From an uncultured Acidobacteriota bacterium (lineage in GTDB: Bacteria > Acidobacteriota > Thermoanaerobaculia > Multivoradales > UBA5704): a stretch of 64,000 nucleotides of DNA. Shown piece after piece: positions 17,301 through 26,521 of the stretch (position 1 is its first letter; the number at the start of each line of letters is the position of its first letter). The notes beneath the pieces were generated by a model. It ran no database searches, was not told the origin of the DNA, and saw nothing but the letters and a program-made list of their open reading frames with translations. Made by a program: the position numbers and the translations under genes. The DNA is taken from assembly GCA_963700145.1 (NCBI GenBank), contig OY969474.1, forward strand, positions 3,392,001 through 3,456,000, written 5' to 3'.

Positions 17301-19236
17301 GCCAGACCTGGGCGAAGGCCTCGTGGAAGGCGTCGCGCACCTCCTCGAGCGGCACCGCGGCGCCGTCCTCGGAGACCAGCTCGAGGTCGCGGATCCAGAG
17401 CCCGCAGTCCTCCTCGCCTTCCGGGCGGATGGCGAAGGGCACCTCGTCGTTGACCCGCAGGCCCATCGCCTCGAGCATGGGCAGGAGGTCGGAGAGCGGC
17501 ACCGAGGGGCCGCAGGTGTAGATCTTGAGCCGCAGCTCGTGCGGCGCCGCCCCCGCCGGCCGGTAGAGGTTCATGGTGAAGCCGTCGGCGAGCGCCCGCT
17601 CGAGGTAGCCGATGTCCTCGAGCGCCGCCGGCACCGCGAACCGTTCCTGGTAGCTCGGCGGGAAGGCCTTCCCCCAGCGCTGCGCCAGCGCCACGCCCTC
17701 CTCCTCGCCGCGCGCTCCGACCAGCTCGCGCACCAGGCGGTCGGTCCAGGAGCGGCCGGTCTCGATCAGCCGCTCCTCAACGGCGTCGGTGTCCACCGCC
17801 GGGATCGACGCCGTCGTCATGTCGATGATGAAGTGCAGGCGGGCGAAGGCGTCCTCGGTCAGGTAGGTCTCGACGGCGCCGGTCCGCCCCTGGAAGGCCT
17901 CCTCGAGGATGGCCTGGAACTTGGGGCGCAGCTCGCTGTCGAAGCGGTCGCGCGGCACCAGGACCTGCGCCGAGACGAAGCGCTCGAAGGGGTCGCGGCG
18001 GACGAAGAGGGCGATCCGCTGCCGCTGCTGGAGGTTCAAGTACCCCATGGCGATGCGGAAGAGGTCCTCGTCGCCGATCTGGAAGAGCTGGTCGCGCGGG
18101 TAGACCTCCAGGATGTGGCGCAGCGACTTGGCGTCGTGGCTGCCGGGCGCGAAGTCGGCGCGCGTCAGCACCTTCTCGACCTTCTGGCGCAGGAAGGGGA
18201 TCGAGCGCGTGCCGCTCGAGTAGGCGGCCGCGGTGAAGAGACCGACGATGAGCCGCATGCCGGTGACCCGGCCGGCGGGGTCGAAGCACTTGACCGAGAC
18301 GGCGTCCATGTGGACGGCGCGGTGGACCTTCGACAGGCGGTTGGCCTTGGTGATCGACAGTAGCTCCGGCTGGCGCAGGAACTGGCGCACCTCGGGCGGC
18401 AGCGACCCCAGGCTGCGCAGGCCGTGGAAGATCGTCGTCTGCTCGTCGCGCAGCACGCCGCAGCCGCTCTCGGGCAGGACGCGCGCGATCGCCGCCTCGC
18501 CCTCGCCTTCGAAGGCGTACTCGCGGTAGCCCAGGTAGGTGAAGTGGTGGTCATCCAGCCAGGCGAGGAAGGCGTGCCCCTCCTCGACCTCCTCGGCCGG
18601 CAGCGGCGGCGGCCGGCGCTCCAGCTCGCCGATCAGCGCGCGGCAGCGGTCGCGCATCGTCCGCCAGTCGGCGACCGCGGCGCGGACCTCGGCGAGCACC
18701 CCTTCGAGGGCGGCGCGGATCTCCTCCTGCCGCTCGGCCGGCTGGGCGGTGATGCGCACGTGCATCACCGACTCGGCGCTCGCGCCCTCCGGCGGCGCCT
18801 CCGGGTCGTGGACGGCGAGGAGGCGCCCCTCGGCGTCGCGCTCGACCCGCATCACCGGATGGACGACGAGGTGGACCTCGGCCTCGGAGCGGGCCAGCTC
18901 GGCGGTGACGGAGTCGACCAGGAACGGCATGTCGTCGTTGACGATCTCGACGATCGTGTGCGGCGACTCCCAGCCGTGCTCCTCGAGGCGCGGGTGGTAG
19001 ACGCGGACCTTGGCGGTCCCCGGCGAGCGCTCCTGGGCGAAGCGCCAGAGGGCGATGGCGGCGCCCCAGAGGTCCTCCGGCCGATCGGCCAGGAGGTCCT
19101 CGGCCGGCACGTGGGCGTAGAGCTGGCGCACCGACCGCTCGGCGACGTCGCGCAGCTCCGCCGGCGCCGCCTCGCGCGCGCGCAGCGCCAGCCGCTCGAT
19201 CAGTTCCGCCTTGAGCTGCTCCGACCGTGGGACCAT
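14389..19236 (-). CDS. gdhB: Large NAD-specific glutamate dehydrogenase
   Basis: 1615 aa; [67 protein letters not shown]. Confidence 0.97.
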   Translation of the reverse strand: [1615 protein letters not shown]

Positions 19237-19292
19237 GAGCCCTCTCGCCGACCGCGGAAGGCTAGCATCCCACGATGGCGGGGCGCCGACGG

Positions 19293-20258
19293 CTAGGGGG
19301 GATCGACGGTGCCGTCGGGGTAGACGCGCGGCCGCGCGAGGCCCGGCGCGGGGCCGACGCCGCGCAGGCGCGCCAGGCAGAGCACCCAGACGGTGCGATA
19401 GCCGGTCGGGGTCGGCGCGATGGCGAGGCCGATGCCGAGGCCGGAGTAGCCCTTGGCGAGCACGCTCTTGCGATCGGCGAGACCGCGCAGGAGCGCGTCG
19501 TGGGTGGCGCCGGCCGAGAGGGTGTCGCGCACCACCGTCTCCGCCACCGCGTCGAGCCCGAGGTCCGGACCGGTGTAGCCGGCGGCGAGCACCAGCCGGA
19601 CCAGGCGCTCGCGCCGCGGCACCTTCGAGTCGCGGTCGGCGCCGGAGAGCAGGGCCTCGGCCTGGACCTGGGCGGCGCGGTCCAAGGCCGGATGCGTCCC
19701 CAGGCCGTGCAGCCCCTCGGCGGCGCGCGAGAGGTTGATCGCCTCGAACAGCTCGCGGCGGGCGCCCTCCTGGTCCGCGAGCGCCTCCCCTTGCGACCGG
19801 GCCAGCACCACGGCGTAGAGGGTCAAGCCGTGGCGCTCGCCGAGGCCGACGCCGACGTCGCGCGTGTCGGGGTGGAAGAGGCTCTGCGCGTTGCGCGCCG
19901 CCTCGCGCCCCCAGGCGGCCGCCAGGACGGGCGGGGCGTCGTCGCTCGTCGCGAGCTTCTCGGCGACCAGCCGCGCGCGGTAGCCGGCCTCCGCGACCCA
20001 GGCCTCGATCACTTTCCCCTCCGGCGAGGTGAAGCCGAGGTAGCCCTTGGCGTCCATGTCGGCGATGTGCGCCTGCGCGGCCGCCGTGAGCTGCGGGACC
20101 AGCCGGAGCGCGGCGAGCCCGAGCCGCTCGCGCTCCTGGTTCAGGTGCTCGACGAGGCTGGCGCGGGTGGCGTCGGAGTCGGCGGCGGGAGGAGGCTCCT
20201 GCCCCGCCGCCGGCGGCGCGAGGCAGAGCAGCAGCAGCCCGAACGTCCGCCCAAACAT
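19293..20258 (-). CDS. Secreted tandem CAP/SCP-domain protein
   Basis: Signal peptide; LNQERERLGLAAL...AQAH and INLSRAAEGLHGL...AAQ, each followed by a G(V/I)G motif. Confidence 0.75.
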   Translation of the reverse strand: MFGRTFGLLLLCLAPPAAGQEPPPAADSDATRASLVEHLNQERERLGLAALRLVPQLTAAAQAHIADMDAKGYLGFTSPEGKVIEAWVAEAGYRARLVAEKLATSDDAPPVLAAAWGREAARNAQSLFHPDTRDVGVGLGERHGLTLYAVVLARSQGEALADQEGARRELFEAINLSRAAEGLHGLGTHPALDRAAQVQAEALLSGADRDSKVPRRERLVRLVLAAGYTGPDLGLDAVAETVVRDTLSAGATHDALLRGLADRKSVLAKGYSGLGIGLAIAPTPTGYRTVWVLCLARLRGVGPAPGLARPRVYPDGTVDPP

Positions 20259-20298
20259 CCGAGAGCCCAGCACGAGCAGAATCTTACCAACCGCTGGC

Positions 20299-21276
20299 TC
20301 ATGCGGCGGCGCGCTCGTCCAGCGGGCTCGCCCGCTCCGCCGGCTCGGGCTCGGCGGCCGCCGGCAGGCGCTGGGCGCTGGTGATGACGGCGACGCCGGT
20401 GACGATGACCGCCGCGGCGGCGAGGGTGCCACCGGTCAGGGGCTCGCCGGCGAAGGCCCAGCCCAAGAGGACCGCCACCACCGGGTTGACGTAGGCGTAG
20501 GTCGCGACCAGGGCCGGCGGCGCCTCGCGCAGCAGCCAGACGTAGGCCGAGAAGCCGATCAGCGCGCCGAAGAAGATCAGGTAGCCGAGCGCCAGGAGCG
20601 ACTTGGTGGTGACCGCTTCGAGCGCGAAGCGGCCGGGCTCGCCGGCGGCGAGCGAGGCCAGCAGCAGCAAGCCGCCGCCGGCCAGCATCTCCATGCCGGT
20701 GGTCAGGATCGGCGAGTCCGGCAGCGGCAGCCGCTTCGAGGCCAGCGACCCCCAGGCCCAGGAGAGCGAGGCCGCGATCAGCACCGCGGCGCCCACCGGG
20801 TCGACGGCGCCGCCGCCGGCCCCGGGCCGCACCAGCAGCGCGACGCCGACGAAGCCGAGCGCGAGCCCCAGCCCCACCCGCCAGCCGGGACGGCGGCCGC
20901 CGCGGCGCAGCCAGTCGAAGAGCACCATCCAGAGCGGCACGGTCGTGACCAGGAGCGCGGTGAGCCCGGAGTCCACGCGCTGCTCGGCCCAGGTGACGCC
21001 GCCGTTGCCGCCGAGCAGCAGGCACGCGCCGACCAGCGCCGCCGCCAGCCAGTTGCGCCGCGTCGGCCGCGCCGCGCCGCGGGCGCGCGCCCAGGCGTAG
21101 AGGAGCGTGCCGGCGATGAGGAAGCGCACGCCGGCCATCAAGAAGGGCGGGATCGTGTCGATCGCGAAGCGGATCGCGAGATAGGTCGAGCCCCAGATGA
21201 CGTAGACCGCGGCGAGCGCGGGTGCCAGCCGCAGCAGGCCGCCGGTGGCGGCGGAACGGACGCCGGTGTCAGGCAC
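20299..21276 (-). CDS. yedA: EamA/DMT family transporter
   Basis: VYVIWGSTYLAIR, AYVNPVVAVLLG, about 10 TM segments; GTG start overlaps the Lrp stop. Confidence 0.9.
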   Translation of the reverse strand: MPDTGVRSAATGGLLRLAPALAAVYVIWGSTYLAIRFAIDTIPPFLMAGVRFLIAGTLLYAWARARGAARPTRRNWLAAALVGACLLLGGNGGVTWAEQRVDSGLTALLVTTVPLWMVLFDWLRRGGRRPGWRVGLGLALGFVGVALLVRPGAGGGAVDPVGAAVLIAASLSWAWGSLASKRLPLPDSPILTTGMEMLAGGGLLLLASLAAGEPGRFALEAVTTKSLLALGYLIFFGALIGFSAYVWLLREAPPALVATYAYVNPVVAVLLGWAFAGEPLTGGTLAAAAVIVTGVAVITSAQRLPAAAEPEPAERASPLDERAAA

Positions 21277-21781
21277 GGCGCGCCTCCGGCTCCTCCACGC
21301 CCTCCTCGCCGTCGCTCGGCCAGACGCGCCCGCCGAGCGGCAGCTTCGCGCTCTCGCGGATCGTCTCGAGCGCCACGGTGGTGCGGGTGCGCAGCCGGCC
21401 GAGCCCGCCGAACTTCTCGCGCAGCAGGCGGCCGAGCTCGCGCGCGTCGGCGGCGCGCACCTTGACCAGGAAGCAGTCCTCGCCGGCGATGTGGTGGACC
21501 TCCTGCACCTCGGAGATCTCGGCCAGCCGCTCGCCGTAAGGATCGGTACCGGTCGTCGCATCCTCGGAGCGCACGAAGACGAAGGCGAGGAGCCCGAGCC
21601 CCAGGGCCTGCGGATCGATCCGCGCCTCGTACCCCTGGATGACGCCGCGCGCCTCCAGCTTGCGGATGCGCTCGAAGACCGCCGAAGGCGCCATGCCGAT
21701 CTCGCGGGCGATGCGAACGTTCGGCGTCCGGGCGTTCTCCTGAAGGATGTTCAGGATCTTGAGGTCGTATTCGTCGATCAT
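21269..21781 (-). CDS. Lrp/AsnC family regulator
   Basis: MIDEYDLKILNILQENAR...ERIRKLEARGVI, HHIAGEDCFLVKV. Confidence 0.95.
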   Translation of the reverse strand: MIDEYDLKILNILQENARTPNVRIAREIGMAPSAVFERIRKLEARGVIQGYEARIDPQALGLGLLAFVFVRSEDATTGTDPYGERLAEISEVQEVHHIAGEDCFLVKVRAADARELGRLLREKFGGLGRLRTRTTVALETIRESAKLPLGGRVWPSDGEEGVEEPEARRA

Positions 21782-21909
21782 TCGCCGTCTCCCCGAATGC
21801 ACAGAGGCTACGCCTGCAGGCGGCGCCTGTCAAGCGGTTTCTTCGGCGATCTTCGAGAAACGGCGAACGAACTACCGGCTGCGGGCGCCGGGACGTCGCT
21901 AAACGTCGG

Positions 21910-22965
21910 CTAGATGGCGATCCGGCTCTCCGCTTCGGCGGCGAGGGGGTCGTCGGCGAGGCCCCGGCGGTGCCGGAGCAGGGCGGCGTGGGCGATCATC
22001 GCCGCGTTGTCCCCGGAGTAGACGAGCGGCACGAGGCGCAGCTCCACCCCCCGCTCCGCCGCCCAGCGCACCAGCTCGCGGCGCAGCAGGCGGTTGGCGG
22101 CGGCGCCGCCGGAGACGGCGAGGAGCGGGATGGGCTCCCCGGCGTGCAGGCGCTCCAGGCGGTCGAGCGCCTGGCCGACCGCCGCGACGCGGAAGCCGGC
22201 CAGGAGGTCGAGGACCGGCTGCGGCGCCTCCTCCCCCTCCTCCGGCGCCCACCGCACCCCCGCCCGCTCCAGCCGCTCGATCGCCTGCAGGGCCTGGCTC
22301 TTGAGCCCCGAGTAGGAGAAGTCGAGGCTCGCGCCGCAGTCGGGGACGGGGAAGGGGCTGGCGGCGGGGTCCCCGCGCTCGGCCAGCTCGTCGACGCGCG
22401 GCCCTTGCGGGAAGGGGAGGCCGAGGCGTTTGCCGACCTTGTCGAAGGCCTCGCCCATCGCGTCGTCGCGAGTCTCGGCGACCGTCGCGATCTCGCCGCC
22501 GTGGACGGCGAAGATCGTGCTGTGCCCTCCCGAGACGACGAGCCCGACGAAGCGCTCGGGGGGCGGCGCGGCTGAGCCCCCCTCGGGGTCGAGGAACGGC
22601 GAGACGAGATGCCCTTCGAGGTGGTGCACCGCGTGGAACGGGCGGCGGAGGCCGTAGGCGAGGGACTTGCCGATCGAGAGGCCGACCAGGAGCGCGCCGA
22701 CCAGCCCCGGGCCGCGCGTCGCGGCGACGAGGTCGAGGTCGCCGAAGCCGGCGCCGGCGCGCGCCAGCGCCTCGCGGGCGACCGGCGTCCAGTTGCGCAG
22801 GTGCTCGCGCGAGGCGATCTCGGGCACCACGCCGCCGTAGGCGCGGTGCGCGAGCTGGCTCGAGACGACGGAGGCGAGCACCCGCCCCTCGCCGTCGAGG
22901 ACGGCGCAGGCGGTGTCGTCGCAGGAGGTCTCGATGCCGAGGACGAGGGGCGGAGTGCGAGGCAT
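21910..22965 (-). CDS. tsaD: tRNA N6-threonylcarbamoyltransferase
   Basis: LGIETSCDDT, GGVVPEIASREH, HHLEGH, VSGGH, DNAAMIA. Confidence 0.97.
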   Translation of the reverse strand: MPRTPPLVLGIETSCDDTACAVLDGEGRVLASVVSSQLAHRAYGGVVPEIASREHLRNWTPVAREALARAGAGFGDLDLVAATRGPGLVGALLVGLSIGKSLAYGLRRPFHAVHHLEGHLVSPFLDPEGGSAAPPPERFVGLVVSGGHSTIFAVHGGEIATVAETRDDAMGEAFDKVGKRLGLPFPQGPRVDELAERGDPAASPFPVPDCGASLDFSYSGLKSQALQAIERLERAGVRWAPEEGEEAPQPVLDLLAGFRVAAVGQALDRLERLHAGEPIPLLAVSGGAAANRLLRRELVRWAAERGVELRLVPLVYSGDNAAMIAHAALLRHRRGLADDPLAAEAESRIAI

Positions 22966-23019
22966 GCGGCCGGCCGGCGCGCGGCGCCGTGCGGCCATCT
23001 TAGCGGCTGGGGCGCGCGG

Positions 23020-23367
23020 CTAGCCGGAGGTCTCGCCCGCCGGCGCTTCGGCCGGCTCCGGCTCCGCCTGCGGGATCTCGATCGGCTCGTAGACCGGGAT
23101 CTCGAAGCTGAGCGTCGAGTGGCAGTACTCCTTCCACTCGTCGGTCACGTCGTCGAAGAGGACGTTCTCGTCCTTGAAGATGCCGTCGGTGACGACGTAG
23201 TTCTCCTGCAAGTAGACGATGGAGTCGTCGTCGAGGGCGCGCGGCTTGTCGCCCTTCTTGCCGTCCACGTCGTCGACGCGCGCGTTCTCGCTCTTCTCCG
23301 ACCAGCCCGGGTAAGCCCGGAGCTGACCGAGCAGGTACGCCTTGCAGTAGTTCCCCATCTCGGCCAT
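23020..23367 (-). CDS. Acidic hypothetical protein
   Basis: MGNYCKAY...YLQENYVVTDGIFKDENVLFD; host-like codon usage. Confidence 0.8.
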   Translation of the reverse strand: MAEMGNYCKAYLLGQLRAYPGWSEKSENARVDDVDGKKGDKPRALDDDSIVYLQENYVVTDGIFKDENVLFDDVTDEWKEYCHSTLSFEIPVYEPIEIPQAEPEPAEAPAGETSG

Positions 23368-23450
23368 GTGACCCTCCCCCCGCTGCTGGAGGAGTGCGCG
23401 GCGCCGCGCGATACGGGACAGGCCGGTATGATCCGCCGCCGGAGGAGCGC

Positions 23451-24650
23451 ATGGATCTCTACACCCTGGAAGACCTCGACCTCGCCGCGCTCCGCGGGCG
23501 GCGGGTGTTCGTGCGCGTCGACTTCAACGTCCCGCTGTCGGCGTCCGGCGAGGTGGGCGACACGACGCGCCTCGAGGAGGCGCTGCCGACGATCCGCGAG
23601 CTCACGGCCGCCGGCGCGCGGCTCGTCCTGGCGTCGCACGCCGGCCGCCCGAAGGGCGCCCCCGACCCGCGCTGGAGCCTGCGCCCGGTCGCCGAGACGC
23701 TGGTCGAGCTGCTCGGCGGGCCGGTCCGCTTCGCGCCGGACTGCGTCGGCCCCGCCGCCCACGCGGTGGTCGAGGCGATGGACCCCGGCGAGGTGACGCT
23801 GCTCGAAAACCTCCGCTTCCACCCCGGCGAGACCGCCAACGACCCTGCCTTCGCCGCGGCGCTCGCCGAGCACGCCGAGCTCTACGTCGACGACGCCTTC
23901 GGCAGCGCCCACCGCGCCCACGCGTCGGTGGTCGGCGTCGCCGAGCGGCTGGAACGGAAGGCGGCGGGGCGCCTCATGGTGCGCGAGGTGGCGGCGCTCG
24001 GCCGCCTCCTCGGCGAGCCGGAGCGTCCCTTCGTCTTGCTCCTGGGCGGCGCCAAGATCGAAGGCAAGATCGACACGCTGGAGAACCTCCTGCCGCGCCT
24101 CGACCGCCTGCTCCTCGGCGGCGGCATGGCCAACACGTTCCTGGTCGCGCAGGGGCACGACCTCGCCGACTCGCTCTTCGAGCCCGACCGCGTGGAGCTG
24201 GCGCGCGACATCCTGAAGCGGGCGCACGACCGCGGCGTCGCAGTGCTCCTGCCGCTCGACCTCGTGGTCACCGACGACCTAGAGAGCCCGCGCCGGGTCG
24301 AGACGGTGCCCGCCAACGCCGTGCCAAAGGGGACCAAGGCGGTGGACGTCGGCCCCGCCACCCGCCGCGCCTTCGCCGCCGAGGTCGCCGACGCCCGCAC
24401 CCTCTTCTGGAACGGCCCGCTGGGGGTCTTCGAGAAACCGCCCTTCGACGCCGGCACCCTGGCCCTCGCCGAGGCGCTGGCCGCCTGCCCGGGCTTCACC
24501 GTCCTCGGCGGCGGCGAGACGGTGGCGGCGGCGCGCCAGGCGGGCGTGACCGACGAGGTCGGGCACGTCTCGACTGGAGGCGGCGCCGCGCTGGAGTTCC
24601 TGGCCGGCAAGACCCTGCCCGGAGTCGCGGTGCTGGAGCGCCGCCGGTGA
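23451..24650 (+). CDS. pgk: Phosphoglycerate kinase
   Basis: RVDFNVP, LLENLRF, DAFGSAHRAHAS, WNGPLGVFE, STGGGA. Confidence 0.98.
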   Translation: MDLYTLEDLDLAALRGRRVFVRVDFNVPLSASGEVGDTTRLEEALPTIRELTAAGARLVLASHAGRPKGAPDPRWSLRPVAETLVELLGGPVRFAPDCVGPAAHAVVEAMDPGEVTLLENLRFHPGETANDPAFAAALAEHAELYVDDAFGSAHRAHASVVGVAERLERKAAGRLMVREVAALGRLLGEPERPFVLLLGGAKIEGKIDTLENLLPRLDRLLLGGGMANTFLVAQGHDLADSLFEPDRVELARDILKRAHDRGVAVLLPLDLVVTDDLESPRRVETVPANAVPKGTKAVDVGPATRRAFAAEVADARTLFWNGPLGVFEKPPFDAGTLALAEALAACPGFTVLGGGETVAAARQAGVTDEVGHVSTGGGAALEFLAGKTLPGVAVLERRR

Positions 24651-25384
24651 ACGGCGGCGGCTCCGGTCGGCGGCCTCTCGTCGCCGCCAACTGGAAGATG
24701 AATCTCCTCGCTGCGGAGGCGCGGGCCTGGTGCCAGCGGGTGCGCGAAGGGGCGATCGGCGCACGGGCCGCGGCCGCCGTCTTCCCCACCTTCCCGCTCC
24801 TCCCCGCGGTGGCCGAGGAACTGGCCGGCAGCGGCGTCGAGGTCGGCGGGCAGGACCTCCACCCCGAGGACCGCGGCGCCTTCACCGGCGACGTCTCGGG
24901 CCTCCAGCTCGCCGACGCCGGCTGCGCCTGGGCGCTCTGCGGCCACAGCGAGCGGCGGCACGGCCACGGCGAGGGCGACGAGCTGGTGGCGCGGAAGGTG
25001 GCCGCCGCGGTGCGCAACGGTCTCAAGCCGATGCTCTGCGTCGGCGAGACGCGCGACGAGCGGCGGGCGGGGGCGACCGAGGAGGTCCTGGCGCGGCAGC
25101 TCCGCGCCGCCCTGCCCCACCTGCCGGCCGCCTGGGCCCTCGCCTACGAGCCGGTCTGGGCGATCGGCACCGGCGAGACCGCCACCCCCGAGACCGCGGA
25201 GGCGGCGCACGCCTTCCTTCGCGGCCTCCTCGAGTCGGACGACGCGCCGATCCTCTACGGCGGCTCGGTCACCCCCGAGAACGCCGCCGCGCTGGCCGCC
25301 CAGCCGGACGTGGACGGCTTCCTGGTCGGCGGGGCCAGCCTTGACCCAGGGAAATTCCTCGCTATCATTCGCTCTCTCGACTGA
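24647..25384 (+). CDS. tpiA: Triosephosphate isomerase
   Basis: ANWKMN, GHSERR, AYEPVWAIGTG, YGGSV, LVGGASL. Confidence 0.98.
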   Translation: MNGGGSGRRPLVAANWKMNLLAAEARAWCQRVREGAIGARAAAAVFPTFPLLPAVAEELAGSGVEVGGQDLHPEDRGAFTGDVSGLQLADAGCAWALCGHSERRHGHGEGDELVARKVAAAVRNGLKPMLCVGETRDERRAGATEEVLARQLRAALPHLPAAWALAYEPVWAIGTGETATPETAEAAHAFLRGLLESDDAPILYGGSVTPENAAALAAQPDVDGFLVGGASLDPGKFLAIIRSLD

Positions 25385-25425
25385 GCGCCCCCGCCGGGCG
25401 CGGCAGACTCCCGGAGGCAATCCCC

Positions 25426-25800
25426 GTGATCTACGTGGTGTACTTCCTTCACGTGCTGGTCTGCGTCTTCCTCATCCTCGTCGTGCTGCTGCAGCAGGGG
25501 AAGGGCGCCGATCTCTCGGTCTTCGGCGGCGGCAGCACGCAGACCGCCTTCGGGGCGCGCGGCGCCGCGACCCTGCTGCACAAGCTGACGGTCGTTTCCT
25601 TCGTGGTCTTCATCCTGACGACCCTCGGCATCGGGGTGATGAAGAGCGGCCCCGCCGGCTCCTCGGTCATGAGCGACGTCATGGAAGAACGGTCGGAGGA
25701 TCCGGTCACGCCGGACCCCGGGGCGGTCAAGCCGCAGCCGGCTGCGCCGGCCGAAGCCACCCCCGAGGCCCCGCCGCCGCAGACCGGCGACAGCCAGTAG
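25426..25800 (+). CDS. secG: Preprotein translocase subunit SecG
   Basis: LILVVLLQQGKGADL...FGG; canonical tpiA-secG-tRNA-Leu order. Confidence 0.95.
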   Translation: MIYVVYFLHVLVCVFLILVVLLQQGKGADLSVFGGGSTQTAFGARGAATLLHKLTVVSFVVFILTTLGIGVMKSGPAGSSVMSDVMEERSEDPVTPDPGAVKPQPAAPAEATPEAPPPQTGDSQ

Positions 25801-25843
25801 CCGGGAAGACAGGTCCTAGGGCCGCTGTTAGAATTACCCGCGT

Positions 25844-25928
<85 letters not shown>

Positions 25929-25992
25929 ACCAGAATCAATTGCCGGCTCCGGCCGGCGGCCCTGCGGGTAGCGGCGCCCATAGCCGGGCGAC

Positions 25993-26032
25993 GCAACCCG
26001 TACCGGTTCGAGTCCGGTCTTCGGCACCAACC
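25993..26032 (+). repeat. 40-bp direct repeat of the tRNA-Leu 3' end (att-like)
   Basis: GCAACCCGTACCGGTTCGAGTCCGGTCTTCGGCACCAACC is identical to 25892-25931. Confidence 0.9.
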
Positions 26033-26235
26033 CTCCTGAGCTGACTTTCCCTAACTAGCTGATCTCACGGCGCCCGGCCCTTGCGCGGGGGCGCCGCCTT
26101 TGGCACACTTCCCGGCAACATTTCTCGACGTTTCGAGTCGCCGGCCCGGAGGGCGAGGACCCTCCCGGGCGCCGCGCCGTTTTGCGCGGCGCGTCCGGGC
26201 GCGGTCCGGCCGGCTCGAGAAAGGAGCCGTTGGCG

Positions 26236-26442
26236 ATGTCGCAGCAGGGGACGGTGAAGTGGTTCAACAACGCCAAAGGGTACGGCTTCATCCAACCGGA
26301 GGAGGGCGGCGACGACGTCTTCGTCCACCACACCGCCATCGTCGCGGAAGGCTTCCGCACCCTGAATCAGGGCGAGCGCGTTGCCTACGAAGTGGTGGAG
26401 GGACCGAAGGGGCTGCAAGCCAGGAACGTGATGCGCGGGTGA
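26236..26442 (+). CDS. cspA: Cold-shock protein (CspA family)
   Basis: [27 protein letters not shown]. Confidence 0.95.
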   Translation: MSQQGTVKWFNNAKGYGFIQPEEGGDDVFVHHTAIVAEGFRTLNQGERVAYEVVEGPKGLQARNVMRG

Positions 26443-26521
26443 GCCCGCGCGAACGTGCGCGGCATAGCCGCGCCACGTCTGCGCGTGCCGCAGGCGCGCC
26501 GCCGCGGCTAGACTACGCCGC

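Noticed and set aside
14590-19296. Long plus-strand ORFs opposite gdhB, and similar antisense ORFs elsewhere (29064-31748, 46474-48393, 56907-59747)
   Set aside because: Expected stop-poor shadow frames in very high-GC DNA, with no recognisable motifs.
25941-26028. A second complete tRNA gene
   Set aside because: Only the 3' 40 bp match. No canonical D-arm or anticodon arm is visible, so it is reported as a repeat.
26101-26118. Possible sigma54 promoter upstream of the cold-shock gene (TGGCAC...)
   Set aside because: The -12 TTGC element is missing at the required spacing.
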